A DNA stretch of 64,000 nt, taken from an uncultured Bacillales bacterium. Lineage in GTDB: Bacteria > Bacillota_I > Bacilli_A > RF39 > UBA660. Position numbers and translations under genes: made by a program. The notes under the pieces are model-generated. The model was given only the letters and a program-made list of their open reading frames with translations, did no database searches and was not told the origin of the DNA. The stretch lies in contig CAMOSQ010000004.1 in assembly GCA_946624985.1 (NCBI GenBank), forward strand, positions 7,034 to 71,033, written 5' to 3'. Positions 1 through 10,225 of the stretch are shown here, in pieces. Numbering within the stretch: the first letter of the stretch is position 1; each line of letters opens with the position of its first letter.

Positions 1-755
1 TAAATAAATTTATAAATAATAAATCCAACTACTCCAATTACAATAATAAATATTAAGAAAAATAAAACCTTAATCATTTTATTATTACTATCAATTGAAT
101 CCTGTATATCTTTTAATTGTTCAAAATCATCATCCTTGAAACCTAAACTAGAAGTATAAAAAGACTTATCTAAACCATCATCATCCTTAACCTGATATTT
201 ATCTTTAGCCTCCTGAACTTCTTTCAAAAGAACACGAGTATTTGTCTTATTAACAATAGTGTTACCAGTTGATTTTAAATCACTTAACATATCTAAAGAT
301 AACTCACCATCATCATAACCCTTCAAAACTGCAGTATTTGCCAAAGTTTTTTCTAACTTATCAATACGAGAATTATCTTCATCTACACTTATATTTTTTA
401 AAAAATTAAAATCTGTATTTTTCAAACTTCTATTTCTATTATCCTCAACATGATCGCCTTTTGCTTTAACCAAAATATCACGAATATCATAACTTCTTTG
501 AGAAGAAGGATTTGAATGTACTTTTGGAACCTCTGTCTTTACAGGATTTTTTCTTTCTTTAATAGTTTCACGTTCCTTTAATAATTCTCTAATTTGATCA
601 ATACTTATTTCATTTGTCTTGTCCATAGTAGCTATACCTTCAATATTAGAATATTCAACATTCTCATATATATTTTTATACAAATCTTCATTTCTAACGC
701 TTCTAGTTCTAGATTGAGAATTACTAGAATGATACTTTTCCATCCTACTAGACAT
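1..755 (-). CDS. hypothetical protein with C-terminal transmembrane anchor; the 3' end runs off the window
   Basis: Not in the ORF track because there is no stop in the window. My own translation from the ATG at 755 (SD AGGTGA 5 nt upstream) gives MSSRMEKYHSSNSQSRTRS...KVLFFLIFIIVIGVVGFIIYKFI and stays open to position 1. Confidence 0.5.
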   Translation of the reverse strand, partial: MSSRMEKYHSSNSQSRTRSVRNEDLYKNIYENVEYSNIEGIATMDKTNEISIDQIRELLKERETIKERKNPVKTEVPKVHSNPSSQRSYDIRDILVKAKGDHVEDNRNRSLKNTDFNFLKNISVDEDNSRIDKLEKTLANTAVLKGYDDGELSLDMLSDLKSTGNTIVNKTNTRVLLKEVQEAKDKYQVKDDDGLDKSFYTSSLGFKDDDFEQLKDIQDSIDSNNKMIKVLFFLIFIIVIGVVGFIIYKFI

Positions 756-856
756 AACAATCACCTACAATAATAATACCATAAAAACAATAATTTTAAA
801 AGTTTTAATTGCAAAATCAGCCAATTTTATTTATAATAAATTTAGGAGGGATGTAA

Positions 857-1039
857 ATGGAAAAAATAAAAGTTAATGAAAACTGTATAGGATGCGGAGC
901 ATGTACAGCAATCGCACCAGACTATTTTGAATTCAATGAAGACGGATACGCAAAACCTGTAAAAGAAGAAGTAGAACAAATAACAGAAGATATAAAAGAA
1001 GCAGCAGAAGGATGCCCTGTTAGCGCAATTGAAATATAA
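857..1039 (+). CDS. fdx: small 4Fe-4S ferredoxin
   Basis: 60 aa with the CIGCGAC...CP cysteine pattern of small ferredoxins. SD GGAGGG lies upstream. Confidence 0.8.
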   Translation: MEKIKVNENCIGCGACTAIAPDYFEFNEDGYAKPVKEEVEQITEDIKEAAEGCPVSAIEI

Positions 1040-1068
1040 AAAGAATTATACAAAAACGTATAATTCTT

Positions 1069-1782
1069 TTATTTTACTAAACCATATAATTGTTTAACTT
1101 CCTTAATACTTAAATATCGATACTCACCACTTTTTAGACCATTTACATCTAAAAAAGCAAACATTTCTCTTTTTAATTTTAAAACATCAAAACCAACAGC
1201 ATTAAACATTTTCTTAACCTGATGATTTCTACCTTCATGAATAACAACTTCAACCAAAGAACTATTACTTTTTTTATCAAATTTTTTTAACTTAACAAAA
1301 CACTTAGCAGTCTTTACACCATCTATAATAACACCACGACTCATTTTTAAAGAACTCTCTTTATCAAAAAAACCTCTAACTTTAGCAATATAAACCTTAT
1401 CAACCTTATTACGAGGATGAATTAGTAAATTAGTTAATTCTCCATCATTAGTAAGAAGTAAAGCACCAGTAGTATCATAATCAAGTCTGCCTACTGGATA
1501 TAATCGCTTATTAGTTTTAATCAAATCAAGAACTGTTTTTCTATTTTTATCATCCCTAGTAGTAGTTACAACTCCTCTAGGTTTATTAAGTATAATATAT
1601 TCTTTTTCCTCACGAGATAAGATCTCATTATTAACCATAATTTGATCATTACCATCAACCTTAAATCCTAACTCAGAAATAACTGTACCATTAACTTTAA
1701 CCTTTCCAGCAGAAATTAAATCCTCAGCCTTTCTCCTAGAACAATAACCACTATTAGCAATAACCTTCTGCAATCTTTCCAT
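1069..1782 (-). CDS. rluB: pseudouridine synthase, RluB/RsuA type with N-terminal S4 domain
   Basis: Motifs seen: MERLQKVIANSGYCSRRKAEDLI (S4 domain) and GRLDYDTTGALLLTNDG (catalytic Asp motif). Start moved to the ATG at 1782, which follows GGTGA. Confidence 0.8.
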   Translation of the reverse strand: MERLQKVIANSGYCSRRKAEDLISAGKVKVNGTVISELGFKVDGNDQIMVNNEILSREEKEYIILNKPRGVVTTTRDDKNRKTVLDLIKTNKRLYPVGRLDYDTTGALLLTNDGELTNLLIHPRNKVDKVYIAKVRGFFDKESSLKMSRGVIIDGVKTAKCFVKLKKFDKKSNSSLVEVVIHEGRNHQVKKMFNAVGFDVLKLKREMFAFLDVNGLKSGEYRYLSIKEVKQLYGLVK

Positions 1783-1845
1783 CAAAATCACCTACAAACA
1801 TTCTACACGAAAATAAATATAAAAGCAAATAAAATAGGATTTAAC

Positions 1846-2895
1846 CTATTTTATTTCACCAGTATCAGGATCAACATCTATATCTTTAGATTTCTTAGAA
1901 TCATCTTTTTCAAAATAATAATCTCTAACCTTTTTACTAATTTCTTCTCTTAACTTAGCATCTTTCTTAAATAAATCCTTAACATTCTCTCTACCTTGAC
2001 CAATCTTCTCGCCCTTATAAGAATACCAAGCACCACTTTTATCAACAATACCAGCTTCACTTGCTAAATCAACTAATTCACCAGTTTGAGAAATACCTTC
2101 ACCATACATAATATCTACAGAGCAGGTTTTAAAAGGTGGAGCCATTTTATTCTTAACAACCTTAATACTTGTCTTATTACCTATAATATCTGTTCCTAAC
2201 TTAATTTGTTCAGAACGTCTAATCTCTAATCTGATAGAAGAATAAAACTTAAGAGCTCTACCACCCGGAGTAACCTCTGGATTTCCAAACATAACACCAA
2301 CTTTTTCTCTTAATTGATTAATAAATATAGCAACAGTATTAGTCTTATTAATAATACCAGATAACTTTCTTAAAGCCTGACTCATAAGTCTAGCCTGTAA
2401 ACCAACATGAGAATCTCCCATCTCGCCTTCAATCTCAGCTTGAGGTACTAATGCAGCAACAGAATCTATTACAACAATACCAATCGCACCGCTACGAACT
2501 AAAGCCTCACAAATCTCTAAAGCTTGTTCACCATTATCAGGTTGAGATAATAATAATTCATCTATATTAACACCAAGTCTCGCAGCATACTGTGGATCTA
2601 AAGAATGTTCAGCATCAATAAATGCAGCACGTCCACCCTTCTTTTGAATTTCTGCAATAGCATGAAGAGCAAAAGTAGTTTTACCACTAGACTCTGGTCC
2701 ATATATTTCAACAATTCTACCCTTTGGATATCCACCAATACCTAAAGCAACATCCAAAGAAATAGAACCACTTGGTACAACGTCAATATTTCTATGTTCA
2801 TGGCTACCAAGCTTCATTACAGCTCCTTTACCAAATTGTTTTTCAATATCAGCTAATACTTGATCTAAAGTTTTATCACCTGAAGATTTAACCAT
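1846..2895 (-). CDS. recA: recombinase RecA
   Basis: Walker A motif GPESSGKTT and a RecA-typical sequence along the full length. Confidence 0.97.
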   Translation of the reverse strand: MVKSSGDKTLDQVLADIEKQFGKGAVMKLGSHEHRNIDVVPSGSISLDVALGIGGYPKGRIVEIYGPESSGKTTFALHAIAEIQKKGGRAAFIDAEHSLDPQYAARLGVNIDELLLSQPDNGEQALEICEALVRSGAIGIVVIDSVAALVPQAEIEGEMGDSHVGLQARLMSQALRKLSGIINKTNTVAIFINQLREKVGVMFGNPEVTPGGRALKFYSSIRLEIRRSEQIKLGTDIIGNKTSIKVVKNKMAPPFKTCSVDIMYGEGISQTGELVDLASEAGIVDKSGAWYSYKGEKIGQGRENVKDLFKKDAKLREEISKKVRDYYFEKDDSKKSKDIDVDPDTGEIK

Positions 2896-2958
2896 TTACT
2901 TTCCTCCTAACTAAGTACAAACTCATTTTACAATAAAAAAAATACAATGTCAATACTT

Positions 2959-2980
2959 TTAACAAACATTTGTTTGTTAA
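2959..2980. promoter_or_regulatory. perfect 10-2-10 palindrome ttaacaaaca-tt-tgtttgttaa; candidate SOS (LexA-like) operator of recA
   Basis: Lies 5 bp upstream of the -35 of a TTGACA-17-TAAAAT promoter (minus strand, 2953..2925). Its core AAACATTTGTTT recurs at the ruvA promoter. Confidence 0.45.
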
Positions 2981-3070
2981 ATTTTGCAAATTAAAAATAA
3001 CAGATATTAAAAAACATTAAATAAAATATTAAAAAACGGTATAAACCAAAAAACATAAAATTAAAAACAA

Positions 3071-3102
3071 AAAAAATAAAAAACGAAAAAAATTTCGTTT
3101 TT
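3071..3102 (-). terminator. rho-independent terminator after the yihY-like gene
   Basis: Hairpin acgaaa-aaaa-tttcgt flanked by A and T runs. Confidence 0.6.
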
Positions 3103-3160
3103 AGAGGAATTTACCATACATAGTTTGCCTCAAGATATATACTGGTAAAATATATATCCA

Positions 3161-3994
3161 CTACTTATCATTAACATTTTCTGAAATATTATTCATATAA
3201 TTACTATAATTTTGAACATTAATAGCAATACCAATAACAAGAGAATATGACAAAATATATATCCACATCATCATAATTATTATATTAGATAAACTACCAT
3301 AAAAAATATCATAATGAGAAAAATTTTGAACATAAAAAGAATAAATAAAAGTTGAAATCATCCAAGCAATAGTTGTAAAAAAAGCACCCTTATTTGTATA
3401 CTTACTCTTAATTATTGAATCTGGAGCTAAAGTAAAAATCAACTTAATCATTATAAATATAACTACAATTGCTGTCGGCCACTTAAATAACAAATATAAA
3501 TAATAAATTTTATTACCAATATTACTATAAGACAAAATATATTTTAAAATATTATTACCAAAAGCTAACACAATCAAAGAAAAAATAACCAAAATCATCA
3601 ATAAAATAGTAATAAATAAAGATTTAATTCTTCTCCTCAAATAATTATGATGCTCTAATCCATATAAAGTATTACAACTAACAATTATAGAATGCGCACC
3701 ATTAGATGCAACAACATAACCTAAAAGGACAGAAAAACCAATATGAATATCTAAACCATTCAAAGTAATATAATTAATAAGTATACTATTAACTTCATTA
3801 GGTAAAATATCACCCATTAAATTAATAACACTATCAACAGATACATTAAAAAAAGAAGCAAAAAATCCAAACAAAGTTATAATAGGAAAAATAGAAAGAA
3901 CAAGAAAAAAAGCAATATTTCCTGGTAAAATCTTCATTTCAGGTCGTCTAATAATTTTAATTAATTTTTTTAAATACTTCTTAGTTAAATTCAT
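3161..3994 (-). CDS. YihY/BrkB (ribonuclease BN-like) family membrane protein
   Basis: Polytopic membrane protein with the N-terminal motif LPGNIAFFLVLSIFP typical of the family. Start moved to the ATG at 3994 after AAAGGA. Confidence 0.7.
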   Translation of the reverse strand: MNLTKKYLKKLIKIIRRPEMKILPGNIAFFLVLSIFPIITLFGFFASFFNVSVDSVINLMGDILPNEVNSILINYITLNGLDIHIGFSVLLGYVVASNGAHSIIVSCNTLYGLEHHNYLRRRIKSLFITILLMILVIFSLIVLAFGNNILKYILSYSNIGNKIYYLYLLFKWPTAIVVIFIMIKLIFTLAPDSIIKSKYTNKGAFFTTIAWMISTFIYSFYVQNFSHYDIFYGSLSNIIIMMMWIYILSYSLVIGIAINVQNYSNYMNNISENVNDK

Positions 3995-4027
3995 AAATAT
4001 CCTTTCAAAAAGGTAAAGCAAAATGCT

Positions 4028-6082
4028 TTACCTACTTTCTTGCTTATTATTCTTCATATCCATAGTTGCTTCATTAATAGCGTCATCAATAGTCTTAATC
4101 TCATCAGTAATAATACTATAACCAATAGCAGCACCAAAATTATGAGATAAATCCCTAAAATCCTTACTTAACTTTCTAATATAAGAAACAATTTGCTTTT
4201 CATCATAACCAACCATATAAATTAAAAACTCATTACCATTAGTACGCATAATTTCTGTATTAGAAATCTGAGTCTTAATTAATATATTTGCTGCCTCTTT
4301 AATAACTTTATCCCCTTCAGAATGACCATAATTATCATTAATATAAGCAATATTATTTAAATCAACAACAACCAATCCTTGAGGATAAACTAAACTTTCA
4401 TCCCAAGAATCAATATTATCATTCAAATAATTTCTATTTTTAAGAGAAGTTAAAACATCAATATACTTAACCTTATTATCCTTTGGAACAACTACCTTAT
4501 GTTCCTTACCATTTTTCTTATTTTGATATATAAGTACACCAATAAGACCAATAACAACTAAACAAATAAATGTAATAACAAAACCTAAATAACCTTTAGT
4601 TGCTGTTACCTTAACCAATTCAGAATAACCTATATTAGATAATTCTTGACTAGAAACAAAAGATAAATAAAAATTTAAAAACTTTATAAAAATTGCATTA
4701 GACTCATCATTAAAAACTTTAAACGAATAATCAATAGACATATCAAAAGAATAAATAGATTTATAATTATCAAAATACTTAGCACTATAATAATTGTATA
4801 CTTCAGAATCTAAAACAATTAAAGCATCATCCTTAACCTTACCTAAAAGTTCAGAAATACTGGAATATGCTTTAAATTCAACACCCTTACTTTCCAAAAA
4901 ATTTGCAATTTTAGTATTAGAAATAGTAGCAACTTCATTTCCAACCAAAGATTTAACAGAACTTACAGTCACCTTATTACTTGGAAGTGCTAAAACTAAA
5001 ACCTGCTCATCATAATTTGAAATAATATCAACATAAGATGTATATTCATTATTACTTATATTATCAAAAAATATATCAATTTTATTATTGTTAAAATCCT
5101 CAACTAAAGAATTGATATTAGAATAATTCTTATAATCAATATCTATATCAGAAACATCAGAAAATTCACGTAAAAAAGCCTTATTTATACCATAAAATTT
5201 ATCATTAATTAAAGCATCATATGGTCTATTTTCAACATATCCATATACATATCTTTTGCTTTTAAATTGCGCCTTATCCTTATCCTCGATACCAGAAAAA
5301 GTAAAATAACTATTAGAAAAATTCTTATCATAACTATCCTTATACTTTGTTTCTTTCCATTTAGAAAAATACTTAATAATAATTTCATTTAATTTTTCAT
5401 CACTACCTAATCTGATAACATAATCCTGCTTAATTTCATTAATATTATAAGAAATACTTAATCCTTTAGAAACAATTAAATTGTAATTACTAATCTTAGG
5501 TAGCATAATAGCTTCTACTGAAGAAGGAGTAACACTTCCATCATCATTAGTCTTAGATTCCAAACTATTCACCAATTCATCGATAGTAGCAAAAGTATTA
5601 AAATTCAAATTAATACTATCAGTAGCATTTTTGACTTTTTCTAAATCACTTTCTAAAACACCTATTGTCATACCATCTATTTCAGATAACTTGTTATACT
5701 TAATACTATTTTTTGTTAACAAAGCATAGCTATCACTATAAACAAGTACGTCGTTTTCATCTTTTTGAGAAACTACACGAAAAGAATACTCACTCTTTAT
5801 TTCGTCATCCTTTTGAAAAGCTATAGGATTAAAATCAAGCCCTGTAACATCCTCAAAATCAGACAAAAAATCAAACAATATACCAGTTCCATTATAACTA
5901 ATAACAGGTATATCCTTTAAAATCGATATATCAATAACTTTACTCTTATTAGACTCTAGCCATTGCTTTTCTAAAATTGTAAAAGAAGTATTCTTATCTT
6001 GTCTAGTAAACAAATAGATACTGCATAGGATTAAAAAAACAATAACACAAGGTATAATTATAAACTTTTTTTTATTTTTCAT
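4028..6082 (-). CDS. membrane sensor with two extracytoplasmic solute-binding-like regions and a C-terminal degenerate GGDEF domain
   Basis: N-terminal TM segment, a second TM near aa 500, then a GGDEF-type domain (DLNNIAYINDNYGHSEGDKVIKEAA...RTNGNEFLIY) in which the signature reads NGNEF. Confidence 0.7.
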   Translation of the reverse strand: MKNKKKFIIIPCVIVFLILCSIYLFTRQDKNTSFTILEKQWLESNKSKVIDISILKDIPVISYNGTGILFDFLSDFEDVTGLDFNPIAFQKDDEIKSEYSFRVVSQKDENDVLVYSDSYALLTKNSIKYNKLSEIDGMTIGVLESDLEKVKNATDSINLNFNTFATIDELVNSLESKTNDDGSVTPSSVEAIMLPKISNYNLIVSKGLSISYNINEIKQDYVIRLGSDEKLNEIIIKYFSKWKETKYKDSYDKNFSNSYFTFSGIEDKDKAQFKSKRYVYGYVENRPYDALINDKFYGINKAFLREFSDVSDIDIDYKNYSNINSLVEDFNNNKIDIFFDNISNNEYTSYVDIISNYDEQVLVLALPSNKVTVSSVKSLVGNEVATISNTKIANFLESKGVEFKAYSSISELLGKVKDDALIVLDSEVYNYYSAKYFDNYKSIYSFDMSIDYSFKVFNDESNAIFIKFLNFYLSFVSSQELSNIGYSELVKVTATKGYLGFVITFICLVVIGLIGVLIYQNKKNGKEHKVVVPKDNKVKYIDVLTSLKNRNYLNDNIDSWDESLVYPQGLVVVDLNNIAYINDNYGHSEGDKVIKEAANILIKTQISNTEIMRTNGNEFLIYMVGYDEKQIVSYIRKLSKDFRDLSHNFGAAIGYSIITDEIKTIDDAINEATMDMKNNKQESR

Positions 6083-6097
6083 TAGTTTTCACCCTCA

Positions 6098-6562
6098 TTA
6101 CTTCAGATCTAAATCATCTGAATTTACATTCTTATAACCCATCATAGGATACTTTTCACCCTCGCCATCAACATAAAACTGAAAATCATAAAACTTAATT
6201 TCATCCTCATTAAAACTCTTAATAATTTCCCTACACTTATCCCTAATAGTATCAGTAGACAAATCACCAGTAATAGAAATATAAATATTTATTATTTTTC
6301 CAGACAACCTATAGCCATCAAAATTAAAACCTTCAATTGAAGAGAAATTATTCTTAATCTCATCTAACCTAGAATCATCAATCTTAACATTTTCAATTCC
6401 ATCTAACCTATTGCCATACTTAGAAGTATGATAATTTGGAAAAACAAAAATTTTTATAACAACTAATGCAAATATAAAAATCAATATTATAAGTAATATC
6501 AATACAGATAATACTTTATTTTTAATAATAAATTTCTTTAATTTTTTTAAAAACTTTTTCAT
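6098..6562 (-). CDS. hypothetical membrane-anchored protein
   Basis: Single N-terminal TM segment. Start moved to the ATG at 6562 after GGTGGA. Confidence 0.5.
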   Translation of the reverse strand: MKKFLKKLKKFIIKNKVLSVLILLIILIFIFALVVIKIFVFPNYHTSKYGNRLDGIENVKIDDSRLDEIKNNFSSIEGFNFDGYRLSGKIINIYISITGDLSTDTIRDKCREIIKSFNEDEIKFYDFQFYVDGEGEKYPMMGYKNVNSDDLDLK

Positions 6563-6633
6563 ATAAAATCCACCCATAATAATTATACTATACAAATTAA
6601 ATTTTATCAACAACATATTTTTCATAAAATATA

Positions 6634-6815
6634 TTGACTATTTATAAAAAAAATAATATAATTATTCCCAGTGAATTAGCAGCGCTAATAAGAAATTATA
6701 ATGTGTTTATTACCTATAGGGGTTATTTGTAACCTAGCTGCAAGGCGAATATATTTTAAATAATACACCCTATAATTTAGTTATTAGCCACTATTCATAA
6801 AGAAAGGTGGAGAAT
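6634..6815 (+). promoter_or_regulatory. rpsD promoter (TTGACT-17-TATAAT, 6634..6662) plus a structured ~147-nt leader
   Basis: Nested helices: 6684-6700 pairs with 6771-6788 (8+8 bp), 6703-6711 pairs with 6760-6769, and there is a local hairpin ggtta-tttg-taacc. Confidence 0.45.
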
Positions 6816-7415
6816 ATGGCAAGATATACAGGCCCAAGTAATAGAAAATCACGTCGTTTAGGATTTTCTACACTTGAAAATGGAAAAGATTTAAAAAGAC
6901 CTTTTGCCCCAGGATTACATGGACAAAAGCGTGCTAAAAAATTATCTAACTATGGAACTCAATTACAAGAAAAACAAAAAGTTAGATTTATGTATGGACT
7001 AAACGAAAAACAATTCAGATCAATATTTGAAGATGCTGGAAAATTAAAAGGAGTACATGGTGAAGACTTCTTAAAATTACTAGAAAGTCGTCTAGACAAC
7101 CTAGTATACAGAATTGGATTTGCTACAACTAGACGTGGAGCAAGACAATTAGTTAACCATGGACACATAACTGTAAATGGAAAGAAAGTTGATATTCCAT
7201 CATACAGATGTAAACCAGGAGATGTTATATCTCTAAAAGATAACGATAAAGAATTAGCAATCGTTAAAGCTTCTCTAGAAGCAATCCACAATCGTGTTGA
7301 ATTTGTTTCATACGATGAAGCTAAAATGGCTGGTACATTTGTAAGACTTCCAGAAAGAAGCGAATTAAATGCTGATATCAACGAATCATTAATAGTTGAA
7401 TTCTACAACAGATAA
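6816..7415 (+). CDS. rpsD: 30S ribosomal protein S4
   Basis: Begins [16 protein letters not shown] and is S4-typical throughout. Confidence 0.96.
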   Translation: MARYTGPSNRKSRRLGFSTLENGKDLKRPFAPGLHGQKRAKKLSNYGTQLQEKQKVRFMYGLNEKQFRSIFEDAGKLKGVHGEDFLKLLESRLDNLVYRIGFATTRRGARQLVNHGHITVNGKKVDIPSYRCKPGDVISLKDNDKELAIVKASLEAIHNRVEFVSYDEAKMAGTFVRLPERSELNADINESLIVEFYNR

Positions 7416-7450
7416 TATCTGTTGTTTTTTTTATAAAAAAAGAAAACCCA

Positions 7451-8677
7451 TTAAATGAATTTTCCTAAAAAATACTTTTTCTTACCTCTTCTAATAACTA
7501 AAACTTTACCTTCAATAGCGAGACTCTTAGTAATAATCATATTCTCATCACTCATTTTATCACCATTTATAGTAATTGCGCCACTTCCAATAAACTCACG
7601 AGCCTCTCTCTTACTAGAACAAACTCCATTATTAACAAGCATATCAATTAAAGATACTTCAGAACTAATTTCAAAACTTGGAATATCTTTAAATCCAATT
7701 AAAATCTCATCTAACTTTAAAGACTTAACATCTCCACTAAATAAAGCCTCACTTATTTTAATAGCTTTATTATACTCCTCTTTTCCATGAATAAATGTAA
7801 TAATCTCACGAGCTAAAGTTTTATGAGCAAGTCTTTCTTCTGGTCTTTCTTTATGTTGTCTTTCAATTTCTTCAATTTCTTCCTTACTTAAGAAAGTAAA
7901 AATCTTTAAATAATCAATAACCATTTCATCTTCAACATTTACCAAATATTGGTATAACTCATAAGAAGATGTTTTATTTTTATCAAGCCATAAAGCATTA
8001 CCCTCTGACTTACCAAACTTCTTGCCATCCTTAGTAGTAACTAAAGGCATAGTAAACGCATAAACTTCATCTCCAGTTTTCTTTCTAATCAAGTCAACAC
8101 CTGCAGTAATATTACCCCATTGATCAGAACCAGCTACTTGTAAATCAACACCACGAGTCTCATGCAAATGTAAGAAATCTAAAGACTGCAATAACATATA
8201 AGAAAACTCAGTAAAAGTAATACCACTATCAAGTCTTCTTCTTATAATATCCTTATCAAGCATATAATTAATATTAAAGAATTTACCATAATCTCTTAAA
8301 AAATCAATAACATTAATATCCTTTATCCAATCTAAATTATTAACAACCTCAAAACCAAATATATCTTCAGCTTGTTTTTTCAAGCATTCAAAATTATAAG
8401 CAACCTCTTCCTTAGTAATCATAGCTCGCTCAGTAGTAGGTCTAGGATCTCCTATTTGACCAGTCGCACCACCTACTAAAAGAATAGGATTATGACCAGC
8501 ATCCTTAAGTCTTTTAGAAATTAAAAACGAAGACAAATGTCCAATATGCATAGAATCTGCAGTTGGATCAGTACCTATATAAAAAGTCATACCTCCATTA
8601 TTTAATTTTTCTTCTAACTCTGGACTAGTTACATCTTTAATTAAACCTCTCCATTTTAATTCATCAAACAATTTCAT
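7451..8677 (-). CDS. tyrS: tyrosine--tRNA ligase
   Basis: HIGH motif (SMHIGHL), KMSKS-like motif KFGKS and a C-terminal S4-like domain. Confidence 0.96.
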   Translation of the reverse strand: MKLFDELKWRGLIKDVTSPELEEKLNNGGMTFYIGTDPTADSMHIGHLSSFLISKRLKDAGHNPILLVGGATGQIGDPRPTTERAMITKEEVAYNFECLKKQAEDIFGFEVVNNLDWIKDINVIDFLRDYGKFFNINYMLDKDIIRRRLDSGITFTEFSYMLLQSLDFLHLHETRGVDLQVAGSDQWGNITAGVDLIRKKTGDEVYAFTMPLVTTKDGKKFGKSEGNALWLDKNKTSSYELYQYLVNVEDEMVIDYLKIFTFLSKEEIEEIERQHKERPEERLAHKTLAREIITFIHGKEEYNKAIKISEALFSGDVKSLKLDEILIGFKDIPSFEISSEVSLIDMLVNNGVCSSKREAREFIGSGAITINGDKMSDENMIITKSLAIEGKVLVIRRGKKKYFLGKFI

Positions 8678-8679
8678 AA

Positions 8680-9378
8680 TTAATCCTCCTCACAATGACA
8701 ATGTCCTGAGTGACATTCATCACAATCACATTTTTTATCATTTTTCATTATTTCAACACCATTACTAGTACCAATTCTACTAGCACCAGCATTAATAAAA
8801 GAAACAGCTTCATCAAATGTTTTAATTCCACCACTTGCTTTAATCTCTAAAACTTCACCCTTATGTTCATTAATTAACTCAACATCCTCTAATTTCGCAC
8901 CACTAGTACCAAACCCAGTAGAAGTCTTAATAAAATTAATAAAAGTCTCATTACAAATCTCAGTCATTTTAATAATCTCATCACTAGTTAAATAACAAGT
9001 TTCAATAATAACCTTTAATACCTTACCATCAATTGCATCCCTAACAGTTTCAATTTCATTCTTAACATAATCATAATCATGATCTTTTAAAGCGCCAATA
9101 TTAATAACCATGTCAATTTCATCCGCACCATCTTGAACAGCAGCAATAGCCTCATACTCTTTAACCATACTATTATTCATTCCAAGTGGAAAACCAACAA
9201 CAGTACAAACTGAAACATTAGACCCCTTTAACTCATCTTTAGCTAAACTAACATAATAAGGATTAACGCAAACAGTCTCAAAATGATTATCACGTGCTTC
9301 CTTACATAACTTCTTAATATCATCAACAGTCGCATAAGCCTTTAAATTTGTATGATCAATATATTTATTTATTTCCAT
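8680..9378 (-). CDS. deoC: deoxyribose-phosphate aldolase with an extra Cys/His-rich C-terminal tail
   Basis: DeoC-typical motifs IDHTNLK, VCVNP and IKASGGI. The tail reads KKCDCDECHSGHCHCEED. Confidence 0.9.
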   Translation of the reverse strand: MEINKYIDHTNLKAYATVDDIKKLCKEARDNHFETVCVNPYYVSLAKDELKGSNVSVCTVVGFPLGMNNSMVKEYEAIAAVQDGADEIDMVINIGALKDHDYDYVKNEIETVRDAIDGKVLKVIIETCYLTSDEIIKMTEICNETFINFIKTSTGFGTSGAKLEDVELINEHKGEVLEIKASGGIKTFDEAVSFINAGASRIGTSNGVEIMKNDKKCDCDECHSGHCHCEED

Positions 9379-9387
9379 AACTACCTC

Positions 9388-10011
9388 CTATAATATATCC
9401 TTTAAATCACTTAATTTTTCAATTTCATCAAAATTATTTTTATTCTCTTTATGCTTTGGATTCATAAATATTGGTTTTATTCCAGCATTATATGCACCCA
9501 TTACATCCAAATTATAACTATCACCTATCATAATACATTCTTCCAATTTAGTATTACCAGCAGCTTTAACAAATGCTTCTTTATTAGGTTTAATAAAATC
9601 TTCTCCTCCATATATTTCACTAAAATATCTATCTATCTTAGCTGCTTTTAATCTATTAATTTGCGGATTTCTAAACCAATTTGTTAACACAACTAACTCA
9701 TATTTTTTTGATAAATAATCTAACGTATCTATTACATCATCATCAGGCGCACTCATATATCCAATACTTTCTAAAAAATCATTCATAAAATCCATATTTA
9801 ATTTTTCTTTTATATTATTATTGATGTGCTCTAACATCTTTTCTTTATCATATTTATCATAATAATTCTCATAACTATCTATTAAATCATTTATATAATT
9901 AGGATCCTCATTATTATTATATTTTTTTAATGTATCCCTTAATGCATCAACATACTCATCCTTCCACATAATTAAAGTATTATCCAAATCAAATATTAAT
10001 TTCTTAATCAT
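9388..10011 (-). CDS. HAD-superfamily hydrolase
   Basis: N-terminal DLDNTL (DxDxT) motif and C-terminal GDSYNLDV motif. Confidence 0.75.
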   Translation of the reverse strand: MIKKLIFDLDNTLIMWKDEYVDALRDTLKKYNNNEDPNYINDLIDSYENYYDKYDKEKMLEHINNNIKEKLNMDFMNDFLESIGYMSAPDDDVIDTLDYLSKKYELVVLTNWFRNPQINRLKAAKIDRYFSEIYGGEDFIKPNKEAFVKAAGNTKLEECIMIGDSYNLDVMGAYNAGIKPIFMNPKHKENKNNFDEIEKLSDLKDIL

Positions 10012-10027
10012 ATAACCTCCAATATAT

Positions 10028-10225
10028 AAAAAAACACCATAAATGTAAGGACGATATTATCGTGGTACCACCTTACTTCCATAGTGTCTATGCTCAAAGT
10101 CTTAACGCGACTAATCGGTTTAACTCCAAATATGTAATTAATTATATAATCTTGACTAGTTTTCATCAACCACTAATTTTCTAATTACTAATTATATAAC
10201 TATAGTATTCTTCTCAGTTAAATAT
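10028..10225 (-). promoter_or_regulatory. T-box leader with probable Tyr (UAC) specifier, upstream of HAD-deoC-tyrS
   Basis: The minus strand reads AAGUAAGGUGGUACCACG (T-box consensus GGUGGUACCRCG) followed by hairpins and a U7 run. Stem I has a GAGAAG (AGAGA-like) box, and a specifier-loop UAC-A sits just before the closing helix. An extended -10 tgtTATATT is at 10240..10232. Confidence 0.75.

Noticed and set aside
6959-7381. 140-aa minus-strand ORF inside rpsD, and similar antisense ORFs in the track: 4794-5015, 7455-7790, 9451-9651, 16161-16562, 24482-24700, 26326-26535, 28944-29165, 31653-31973, 33845-34141, 34925-35206, 36105-36311, 37315-37530, 39605-39853, 40590-40784, 41936-42265, 45753-45947, 49073-49381, 57468-57671, 59301-59546, 61195-61455.
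   Set aside because: Each lies entirely antisense to (or, for 45753-45947, in another frame of) a well-supported gene. They have low-complexity, Ile/Leu/Phe/Ser-rich products typical of shadow frames in AT-rich DNA, and no SD sequences.
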